From a bacterium (lineage in GTDB: Bacteria > RBG-13-61-14 > DATKZS01): DNA of 64,000 nt. The position numbers and the translations under genes are program-made. The DNA lies in assembly GCA_963674965.2 (NCBI GenBank), contig CAXXFL010000006.1, positions 192,001 to 256,000 of the forward strand, given 5' to 3'. This document shows positions 39,088 through 47,416 of this stretch, one piece after another (position 1 is the first letter of the stretch; the number at the start of each line of letters is the position of its first letter). The notes under the pieces were generated by a model. It worked only from the letters and a program-made list of their open reading frames with translations, had not been told where the DNA came from and ran no database searches.

Positions 39088-42000
39088 CTAGAAAAGTTTA
39101 AGCTGCTCGGCCCTTGGCGGCTCCTTTTTCTTTCTCTTTTCGGAGGCGGTCATCTCGAGGAGGTCCTTCTCGATTTCCTCGAGGAAGGGGGAGGGCCTTC
39201 TTCGCGAGACCTTGCTGGAGACGGCCCTCCTCGCCGAGTGGCTAAGATACAGCCGCTCCATGGCCCGGGTCATGCCCACGAAAAGAAGACGCCTCTCCTC
39301 GTCAACGTCGGCCGCCTTGTCCCTGGCAAAGCGGAAGGGCAGTATCCCGTCCTCCAGCCCGACGATAAAGACAACGGGCCACTCGAGTCCCTTCGAGGCG
39401 TGCAGGGTCATGAGAGAGACGCGGTCAGCCCTCGGGTCCCAGGCGTCGACCTCGGCGCCCATGGCCAGGGCGTTTATAAAGCCCGCCTCATCTCCCGAGT
39501 GGGACCTGGCCGCGTACTTTAATAGCTCGAGGGCGTCATCGACCACTTCCCTTTCCGGGCCGTCCTTTTCTCCGCCGTCCACAAGGAAACGGGCCGCGCT
39601 CTCGAGCCGTCCCTCGAGCGTCTCGCCGCCGGCCTTGCCGATGGCCGCGATGATCTCCGCCACGCCCGGTCTTGCCAGCAGGCGGTCGTGAGACCTTTTC
39701 TGGAAGGGTATGCCCGACCTGGAAAAGGCCTCGACGAGAGGCGCCGCCAGGGCCTCGGTCCTGTAAAGCACGGCGAAGTCGGAAAAGGAGTAGTCGCCTT
39801 CCCGGCCTTGTTCCGTCCTTCCGCTGTCAATGGAGAAGAAGGTGTGGCCGCCGATCAGCTTCTCGATCTGGTGGACCGCGTTTTCCGCCTCGGCGGCCTC
39901 GGTCGGCGCCCGGTGGAGGACCACGCCTCCCGGATCGGAGATGGCCGCCTTGAAGCTCCTGCCCTCCACTAAAGAAGCGGGAGCGATGGCCTGGAGCGAC
40001 GCCTCGAGGATATTGCCGCCCGAGCGGTAGTTGCGCTCGAGCTCGACCACTTTCGCCCCGGGAAAGTCATCCTTGAAGCGCAGGAAAAAGCCCACGTCCG
40101 CTCCCCGGAAGCCGTAGATGGACTGGTCCGGGTCGCCGATGGCGCAGATGGCCGAGTCCGGAGCGGCCAGGGCTTTGACCAGGCCGTACTGCCTTTCGTC
40201 CACGTCCTGGTACTCGTCGATGGACGGCCAGGGCCACCTGTCCCGGTACCGCTCGGCCAGGCCGGGCTGGGAGGAAAATAATTCGAGGGGCATGGAAATG
40301 AGGTCGTCGAAATCCACCATGCCCCGGGCCGCGAGTCCCTTTTCGTAAGCCCCGAGACTCTCGGCCACTCCCTCCTCCGGCTCGGTCCCACCTTTGGCCC
40401 CGCTTATCTTGCCAAGCGCCTTTTCGGCCTTGGACCGCGTCAGCCCGAGGGAGTCCATCAGAATCCGGACCCGCTCGGTCTCGCTTGCCACCCGTACTCT
40501 CCTGCCCAGACCCAGGGCCCTCGAGTTCTCCTCGATGATCTTGAGCCCGAGGGCGTGAAAGGTCATGACCGGAAAGGAGCCCGCGTGCTCGGGCAGCAAT
40601 GCCTCGAGTCTCTCGAGGGCCTCATGGGCGGCCCGCCGCGTGAAGGTGATGACCAGACACTGGTCGGGGCGGGCTATCCCCTTTGCCACCAGATGAGCCA
40701 CGCGGTGGGTCAGGGTCCGGGTCTTGCCCGCGCCCGGACCGGCCACGATCAGCAGCGGCCCGTCCATGACTTTGGCGGCCTGGAGCTGCTCCTCATCCAG
40801 GCCGGAGAGGATGGCGTCCACTCCGAACAGCGGTTTTTGCGCCGCGGGCTTTTGGGGCTTTTTGCAAGATTCGACCTTTTGCGCCGTCTTTGGCTTTGCT
40901 TCCGACGGAGCGCGATTTTCCTCGTCCTTTTCATCGTCACCGACGCGCGGGAGTTCTTCCTCCTTGGGCAGCTCGAAGAGCAGTCCGGCTGAGGGCGAAC
41001 CTTTCAGCTCTCCTTCCTCGAAGAGCTTGATCACGCCGTACTCCCCGTCAAAGCCGGCTTCCCTTATCACCCTGCCCTCGCGCATCCTCGAGACGGCCTC
41101 GGCCATGGTCTCCGAGCCCAGCCGGGCCACGTCCTCGAGGGGGGCGTCGTTGAGGATGAAAAGCTCGGGACCCACCCGCGAGACCAGGGCCTCATAGGTC
41201 TTCATCACCCCCTTGGTGGCCGGGCCTTTTCCCAGTATCTCGGCGATGACCTCGGCCAGGGGGATGAGGCCGCGAAAGTCTCCCGCCCCTTTCGGCTTCA
41301 CGCCCTCCGCCCGGTCGGCCAGTTCCTCGACCCGATACAGGACGCCGATGGTGAGGGGCTTGCCGCATTTGGGACATACGCCTTTCGCTTCTTTGGTCTG
41401 GACCGGGTCCAGTCTGACGCCGCATTTTCTGTGCCCGTCGGCGTGGTACTTGCCTTCCTCGGGGAACATCTCGATGGTGCCGCCGTAGTTATCTCCGGTT
41501 TCGAGGGCCCGTTTCATGGCGAAGTAATCCATCTCGGTATTGAAGACGCAGCATTCCCTTCCCAGCTTGGCGGGCGAGTGGGCGTCGGAGCTGGACACGA
41601 GGCGGTACTTGTCCAGGCTCGAGAGTCTCCAGTTCATGGGCGGGTCCGAGCTTAGCCCGGTCTCGACGGCGAAGATATGGGAGGCCAGGTCCCCGTAGCA
41701 TTCGTCGATCGAGTCGTAGCCGCTCTTGCTTCCCATGGCCGAGAACCAGGGCGTCCAGATATGGGCGGGCACGAGGAAAGAGTCCTGGCCCGACTCGAGG
41801 GCTATCTCGAGGAGGTCCCGCGAGGGAAGGCCCAGGATGGGCCGTCCGTCGGATTTGATATTGCCGATTCTGTCCAGGGCCCTCCTGAACCTGTCCGCGC
41901 TCTCCACGTCCGGCGCGTGGATGACGTGATGGACCTTCCTGGTTTTGCCGTCCCGTTTGTAGATGGTGGATATCTCGACGGTAAGGGTGAAGCGGGTCTC

Positions 42001-42252
42001 GCCCTCCAGGCCGGGCCCGACCCGCGCCGCGACCTCCCTCTCGAGGGGGGGCGCCAGCCGGAAAAGACCAGGCTCGGCCGGACGGAGCTTTTCCTTTATC
42101 TCCGCGAACCAAGCGGGGTGGGTGAAGTCGCCCGTGCCGATGACGGAGATGCCCTTTTTGGCGGCCCAGATGGAAAGGTTCTCCAGGTCGCATTGCTTGC
42201 TGGTGGCCCTCGAGTACTTGGAATGTATGTGAAGGTCGGCGTAAAATGTCAT
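39088..42252 (-). CDS. Endonuclease Q-like PHP domain fused to a UvrD/PcrA-family helicase
   Basis: DLHIHSKYSRATSK, PAHIWTPWFS, ETGLSSDP, SDAHSP, EEGKYHADGHRKC...CPKCG; helicase motifs AGPGAGKT, DEYQD, IGDPDQSIY, NYRS, TLHASKGLEW, EERRLLFVGMTRA. Confidence 0.92.
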   Translation of the reverse strand: MTFYADLHIHSKYSRATSKQCDLENLSIWAAKKGISVIGTGDFTHPAWFAEIKEKLRPAEPGLFRLAPPLEREVAARVGPGLEGETRFTLTVEISTIYKRDGKTRKVHHVIHAPDVESADRFRRALDRIGNIKSDGRPILGLPSRDLLEIALESGQDSFLVPAHIWTPWFSAMGSKSGYDSIDECYGDLASHIFAVETGLSSDPPMNWRLSSLDKYRLVSSSDAHSPAKLGRECCVFNTEMDYFAMKRALETGDNYGGTIEMFPEEGKYHADGHRKCGVRLDPVQTKEAKGVCPKCGKPLTIGVLYRVEELADRAEGVKPKGAGDFRGLIPLAEVIAEILGKGPATKGVMKTYEALVSRVGPELFILNDAPLEDVARLGSETMAEAVSRMREGRVIREAGFDGEYGVIKLFEEGELKGSPSAGLLFELPKEEELPRVGDDEKDEENRAPSEAKPKTAQKVESCKKPQKPAAQKPLFGVDAILSGLDEEQLQAAKVMDGPLLIVAGPGAGKTRTLTHRVAHLVAKGIARPDQCLVITFTRRAAHEALERLEALLPEHAGSFPVMTFHALGLKIIEENSRALGLGRRVRVASETERVRILMDSLGLTRSKAEKALGKISGAKGGTEPEEGVAESLGAYEKGLAARGMVDFDDLISMPLELFSSQPGLAERYRDRWPWPSIDEYQDVDERQYGLVKALAAPDSAICAIGDPDQSIYGFRGADVGFFLRFKDDFPGAKVVELERNYRSGGNILEASLQAIAPASLVEGRSFKAAISDPGGVVLHRAPTEAAEAENAVHQIEKLIGGHTFFSIDSGRTEQGREGDYSFSDFAVLYRTEALAAPLVEAFSRSGIPFQKRSHDRLLARPGVAEIIAAIGKAGGETLEGRLESAARFLVDGGEKDGPEREVVDDALELLKYAARSHSGDEAGFINALAMGAEVDAWDPRADRVSLMTLHASKGLEWPVVFIVGLEDGILPFRFARDKAADVDEERRLLFVGMTRAMERLYLSHSARRAVSSKVSRRRPSPFLEEIEKDLLEMTASEKRKKKEPPRAEQLKLF

Positions 42253-42319
42253 GGCCCGCTCCCGAGGCGATCATTTTAGCCCGGAACGGCGCCAATGGAA
42301 ACCGATAAAGAGGATGAAA

Positions 42320-42733
42320 ATGGATAACGCGACTCAGGATAAATTGAAAGCCAGAATGGACGAGGACCCCTACGCCAAAAAACTGGGCATGCAACTGGTC
42401 GAGCTCAGACCCGGCTACGCCAGGGTCAAGATGCGGGCCTCGAGCGACGTGCACAACTTTTTGGGTTTCGTGCATGGCGGCGTCATCTTCTCGCTCCTCG
42501 ATTACGCCTTCTCCGCCGCCAGCAACTCCCACGACGAAAGCGCCGTGGCCATCAGCATGAGCGTCCAATTTATCAACGCGCCCGAGCCGGAGGGAGAGCT
42601 TACGGCCGAGGCCCGCGAGATAAGCAAAAGCCGCAAGCTGGCCCTCTACGAGATGACCGTCTCCGGCGAGGACGGCGGACTCGTCTGCCGCAGCGACGGC
42701 CGCGTGTACAGGATAGGCAAGCGGATAACCTAG
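42320..42733 (+). CDS. PaaI-family thioesterase (hotdog fold)
   Basis: NFLGFVHGGVIFSLLDYAF; start taken at the ATG 42320 downstream of AGAGG. Confidence 0.88.
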   Translation: MDNATQDKLKARMDEDPYAKKLGMQLVELRPGYARVKMRASSDVHNFLGFVHGGVIFSLLDYAFSAASNSHDESAVAISMSVQFINAPEPEGELTAEAREISKSRKLALYEMTVSGEDGGLVCRSDGRVYRIGKRIT

Positions 42734-42853
42734 GAGGCGGGGGAGTTGATTGCCCGGCAGGGCGGCCCACCCATGTGGTCCGCCAAATCGAGAAACCGGT
42801 AACCCGGATAGCCAGACGGGTTACCCCTGCGGCGGCCGGCCGAGGAGGAAGAG

Positions 42854-43810
42854 ATGGAGAGGCAAAAGGTTTTCATCACTGGAATGGGCGGGTACCTGGC
42901 GGGGGTGCTCTGCCGGGAGTTGGAACGTCTGGACTGGGTCGAGTCCATCCACGGCATGGACGTGAAAAAGCCCCTTTATAAATTCAGACGCGCCGAGTTC
43001 AGGACCATGGATATAAACTCACCCGACCTCGTCTCGTGGGTCCGGGAGCTTCGGCCCGATGTCTTCATCCACCTGGCCTTTATCGTGGACCCGGTCCCGG
43101 ACGAGGACCTCATGCGCCGGGTCAACGTGGAGGGCACGCGAAACGCCCTGGCCGCCGCCGAGGCCTCGGGCGCGGCCAAGGTCATGGTGGCCAGCTCGGG
43201 CACGGCCTACGGGGTATGGCCGGACAACCCGGTACCTCTCAAGGAAACCGACGCCATCCGCGCCCATCCCACCTTTCGCTACGCCAACGACAAGTCTCAG
43301 GTCGAGTCCCTTTGCGCCGAGTGGGGGAAGGCCCATCCCGACGTGATCATGAGCGTCATCCGTCCCTGCGTGGTTTACGGGCCGCTGGTGAACAACTACT
43401 TGTCCAACCTGTTCAACATGGCCGTGGTTACGGTCCTGAAGGATTACAACCCCCCTCTCCAGTTCGTGCATGAGGACGACGTGGCCGGCGCCATTGTGGC
43501 CATCCTCGAGAAGGAGGGGAAAGGCGCCTTTAACGTGGCCCCCTCCGATTACGTCACGGTGAGGGAGTCGGTCGAGATATCGGGGAAGCCGTCCATTTTT
43601 TTGCCCGAGTGGGTGATCGAGCCGCTGGTCAAGCTTAGCTGGAAACTCCAGCTTCCCATACTGAAGGCCCCGCCCAGCTTTCTGGACTTCATGCGGTATC
43701 CGTGGGTGATGTCCAACGAGCGCCTAACGGGTGAGCTTGGATACGAGTTCCGCTATTCCACGCGGGAGACCCTCGAGATAATGCTTCGGGCCAAGGGGAT
43801 AATCGAGTGA
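42854..43810 (+). CDS. NAD-dependent epimerase/dehydratase (extended SDR)
   Basis: ITGMGGYLA, HLAF, NVEGT, YANDK, QFVHEDD. Confidence 0.9.
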   Translation: MERQKVFITGMGGYLAGVLCRELERLDWVESIHGMDVKKPLYKFRRAEFRTMDINSPDLVSWVRELRPDVFIHLAFIVDPVPDEDLMRRVNVEGTRNALAAAEASGAAKVMVASSGTAYGVWPDNPVPLKETDAIRAHPTFRYANDKSQVESLCAEWGKAHPDVIMSVIRPCVVYGPLVNNYLSNLFNMAVVTVLKDYNPPLQFVHEDDVAGAIVAILEKEGKGAFNVAPSDYVTVRESVEISGKPSIFLPEWVIEPLVKLSWKLQLPILKAPPSFLDFMRYPWVMSNERLTGELGYEFRYSTRETLEIMLRAKGIIE

Positions 43811-43923
43811 AGACGCGGGCGTCGGCTGATTATAAAAGGGACTTTCATCTTCCATGTCTTCTCCCGCCTTACGGGGTCATGAATTCCATGATAGAATGCC
43901 TTATGCAATACGGGAGGTTATAG

Positions 43924-44610
43924 ATGCCCCTTTTAAGCGTGGTCATTCCGGTGTACAACGAGAAGCGGACCCTCGAGGACGTGCTCCGGCGCGTCGAGGC
44001 CGTGCCCATCGACAAGGAGATCGTCATGGTGGACGACGGCTCGACCGACGGGACCCTGGATATTCTGAGGGGCCTCGAGTCCAGGCCGGGATACAAGGTG
44101 ATCTATCACGCGCGAAACCGGGGAAAGGGCGCGGCCCTGCGCACCGGCTTCGCGGCCTGCACGGGAGACATAGTTATCGTCCAGGACGCGGACCTCGAGT
44201 ATTTCCCCGAGGAGTACCCCGGACTGATCGAGCCGATCGAAAAGGGCTGGTGCGAGGTGGTCTACGGCTCGAGGTTCCTGGGCGGAAAGCACCGCGTGCT
44301 CATGTATCATCACTACCTGGCCAATAAATTATTGACTTTTCTTTCCGACCTGACCACCAACCTGAACCTGACGGACATGGAGACGTGTTACAAGGTGTTC
44401 AAGCGCGAGGTCATCCAGTCGATACCCCTCAAACAGGACAGGTTCGGCTTCGAGCCGGAGATAACGGCCAAGATCGCGAGAAGGAAATACCGGGTCTTCG
44501 AGGTTTCCATCAGCTATAACGGCCGGACCTACGAGGAGGGCAAGAAGATCGGCTACAAGGACGCCTTCCAGGCCCTGTACTGTATTTTCCGCTACGCCTT
44601 TTTCGACTGA
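43924..44610 (+). CDS. Family 2 glycosyltransferase (DPM1-like)
   Basis: [47 protein letters not shown]. Confidence 0.93.
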   Translation: MPLLSVVIPVYNEKRTLEDVLRRVEAVPIDKEIVMVDDGSTDGTLDILRGLESRPGYKVIYHARNRGKGAALRTGFAACTGDIVIVQDADLEYFPEEYPGLIEPIEKGWCEVVYGSRFLGGKHRVLMYHHYLANKLLTFLSDLTTNLNLTDMETCYKVFKREVIQSIPLKQDRFGFEPEITAKIARRKYRVFEVSISYNGRTYEEGKKIGYKDAFQALYCIFRYAFFD

Positions 44611-44782
44611 CGCGTTTTACCGTATGACCCTCGTCTAGTACTCTGGAGGTTTTTATTCGCTTCCCGGCGGAGTAGGAAAACCCTGACGGTGCGAGGAAAT
44701 CAGCCCGCGGCTTGCGCCGCCCACGCCGGATGCATGGGCGACCGCGGTCCTCGAGCCGTCTTGCCCTGCGACCCGCGTCGCT

Positions 44783-46285
44783 TCAGGCGCTCCATTCGTC
44801 GCTCGTCTCGACCAGCCTCTGGCCGACCCTGTCCGCCAGGGCCATGATGGTCAGGTAGGGGTTGACGTGGGAACTCTTGGGAAAGAGGCTCGCGTCGGCC
44901 ACGTAAAGCCAGTCCTGGCCGTGCACCTTGCCCCAGCCGTCGGTCACCGAGTCCCTTTCGTCCCTCCCCATCCTGGCGCCGCCCTGCGGGTGGGCCGAGG
45001 AAAGAGGCATCTTGATGGGAATGAAGTTTCGCTTGTCGATGAATTTCTCCAGGTCCTCGTCCGCCACCTCTCCCTTCTTGAAGACCTTCCTGTCCGCGCA
45101 GGGCATGATCGCCTTTTCGCAGCCGGCGGCGAAGAATATCCTCGCGGCCTGGGCCTGGGCGTGACAAAGTGACTCGACCGTTGCCTCGGAAATCTTATAG
45201 TTGAGGACGGGCCTGCCCTTCTTGTCCAGCTCGATCCGGTTAGTGGGAAGGGCCTCGTCGTGGTTGAGGATGATCATGGTCATGAAGCGGTCGTATTGCT
45301 TCATGGTGTTTTTCAGCTCCATGCCCCAGAGCCCGAGGTGCTTGGTGCTCACGAAGGGATAATAAAAGGCCGTCTCGATGTAATGGCCGTGGCTGTCCGA
45401 GAACTTGGGCGTGTAATAGGTCTTGGGAAAACCGCGATAGTTCTTGATCGGCCCCGGATATACGCCGTACACGGTGAGGGCGGGATGGACCGTGAAGTAT
45501 TGGCCCAGCGTCTTGAGGCTCGAGCCGAAGCCCGAGCGAAGCAATATGGCCGGCGTGCCGGGCGAGCCGGCGGCCAGCACCACGCGGCGGGCGCCGATCT
45601 CGACTCCGCCCGCGGGCCACGGGCCGGGCCTCGAGCCGTCCGGCGCCTCGGTCACCCGGGCGTAAACCTTGCCGCCGGCCACTCGCTCGACCTCGCAGTT
45701 GGGGATGATATCTATACCCGCCTCGATCGCCCGCGGAATCTGGACCTCGAGGGTACCCCGTTTGCCGCCGGCGGCGCAGCCCAGGTTGCAGTAGCCGTTC
45801 TGGTCGCAGCCCTTCAGGTTGAGGCGGATGGTCTCGACCGGCCATCCGAGCTTTTCGCAGCCCTCCTTGAAAAGGCGGTTGTTGTCGTTGACCATGTCCT
45901 CGCCGGGCGTGATGACGTTAATGTCCTTCTCGATCCGGTCGAAGCGCGGGGCCAGGTCCGATGAATCCAACTCCGGGACGGCCCAGTCCTCGAGTACCTC
46001 GTCCGGGACCCGGAAGGTCACGCCCGTGTAAACCACCGTGCTGCCGCCGACCGCCTTGCCCGCGGCCAGCGTGATCGAGCCGTTTTTCAGCGGCCAGGCG
46101 CCGCCGTACCAGAAAAGGCCCATCATCTCGAGCTCCCGCTGAGTGAAGTCCTCCTTGGTGAAGTGCGGCCCGGCCTCGAGGACGGCTATCTTCGCGCCCT
46201 TTTTCGCCAGGGGTATAAGACGGTCCGCCACCGCGCCGCCGCCGGCCCCGCTGCCCACCACCACCACGTCGTACTCGCGGGTCAT
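44783..46285 (-). CDS. GMC-family FAD oxidoreductase
   Basis: VVGSGAGG, VLEAG, AVGGST, CDQNGYCNLGC, SAHPQGGARMG, YVADASLFP, VNPYLTIMALA; ATGA overlap with the upstream gene. Confidence 0.92.
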   Translation of the reverse strand: MTREYDVVVVGSGAGGGAVADRLIPLAKKGAKIAVLEAGPHFTKEDFTQRELEMMGLFWYGGAWPLKNGSITLAAGKAVGGSTVVYTGVTFRVPDEVLEDWAVPELDSSDLAPRFDRIEKDINVITPGEDMVNDNNRLFKEGCEKLGWPVETIRLNLKGCDQNGYCNLGCAAGGKRGTLEVQIPRAIEAGIDIIPNCEVERVAGGKVYARVTEAPDGSRPGPWPAGGVEIGARRVVLAAGSPGTPAILLRSGFGSSLKTLGQYFTVHPALTVYGVYPGPIKNYRGFPKTYYTPKFSDSHGHYIETAFYYPFVSTKHLGLWGMELKNTMKQYDRFMTMIILNHDEALPTNRIELDKKGRPVLNYKISEATVESLCHAQAQAARIFFAAGCEKAIMPCADRKVFKKGEVADEDLEKFIDKRNFIPIKMPLSSAHPQGGARMGRDERDSVTDGWGKVHGQDWLYVADASLFPKSSHVNPYLTIMALADRVGQRLVETSDEWSA

Positions 46286-46749
46286 TGGGTCACCTCCATT
46301 TCGCCGGAGCAAAGCTTCCTGGCCACCGGGTCCGCGTATTGGCGCTCGGGCAGGAGCGGCCCTCCATAGTTAATGGTTGGCCACACGTCCTCCCTGGTGT
46401 AGTAGCCCATGCACACGTAGCTCTTCAGCCCGAAGAAACCCATGCGCAAAGGAGGGATGGGACAGCTTTCCATCCAACGTAGCTGCCGGTCCTTGGCACC
46501 GTCGCCGTTCATGGTGAAGGGAAGTCCTCCGAAAAATATCCCTAAAACCTCGACCCCCAGAAGAAGGCCGAGAAGCTGTTTCCGAAGAGAGTCGTCGATG
46601 CGGCGCATGGCCCAGTCCACCACCCCGGCCGCGGCCATGGTCCCGCCGCCAGGACAGTCGGGCTCGGGCGGGATGATACGGTCCGCCACGGCCAGGAAAA
46701 CCTTGAGCTTTCGCCCCCGCAGATACTCGAGTCTGTAAACGTCGCTCAT
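46282..46749 (-). CDS. Small partner of the GMC oxidoreductase (gluconate 2-dehydrogenase subunit 3-like)
   Basis: AVADRIIP...MGYY...INYGGP pattern; translationally coupled to the GMC gene. Confidence 0.7.
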   Translation of the reverse strand: MSDVYRLEYLRGRKLKVFLAVADRIIPPEPDCPGGGTMAAAGVVDWAMRRIDDSLRKQLLGLLLGVEVLGIFFGGLPFTMNGDGAKDRQLRWMESCPIPPLRMGFFGLKSYVCMGYYTREDVWPTINYGGPLLPERQYADPVARKLCSGEMEVTQ

Positions 46750-46877
46750 CTTGTAATGCCTCCGAAAAATCTCGTCGCCGACCCTCGCGAGCCGACTCCT
46801 AATCTATCACGCCCGGCTCGATCTAAAAAGAGATAAATCATTCGGCTGACTCGGATCGCCATTTAGCGGCGCGGGAC

Positions 46878-47024
46878 CCGCGCGGTTTCTTCGAAATCGG
46901 AGGTGTCATCCGTCGTTAAGTCCCGTAGGGACGGCGGTCTATAGCCCATGGGTGGAGGCCGCGACCGGCGGACGAAACCCTGGGAAAAGATGGTAATAAA
47001 CAGATGAGTCCCGAAGGGACGGCG
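46878..47024 (+). repeat. Dispersed repeat copy B continuing into a REPIN-like three-hairpin element
   Basis: 46878-46933 matches the reverse complement of 21717-21774; AGTCCCG(T/A)AGGGACGGCG occurs twice (46919, 47007) around ATAG-CCCATGGGT...ACCCTGGG. Confidence 0.75.
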
Positions 47025-47416
47025 CAAATGAAGAAAGGAATTTTGGGCCGCGCTCGATAATATTTCTTCACCTCCTCCCGGGGTCCCGGAAGCTCCCGCG
47101 CCCTCCCGCGGCCATAAGGAGAATAATCAAACCCTCGATAAGCTTTGAGACGCTAAGCCCGTTCGCTACGCTCACCCACGCAAAACGCGTGGGCGACCCT
47201 GATTCGCGCGGCGGCTGGAAATCAGGCCAAGAGCTTCAAGCCGGATAGGTACATCGGCAAGATGGCCAGGAACGGTGGAAAGATGAGGTCGCTCGGAGAG
47301 TCTTCGACGCCCGTACATAGCGGAGCTATGGGATACGTATGGTGGACCTCGCCCCATCCCGCCGCGCGGGACCCCGCTTATTTATCCCGGCGTTGTCGCG
47401 TTTTTTTGGTTGGACG

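Noticed and set aside
47160-47400. Hairpin-rich intergenic stretch as a possible ncRNA or intron remnant
   Set aside because: Only a short CCCACGC-AAAAC-GCGTGGG stem is evident; I could not match any known RNA family by eye
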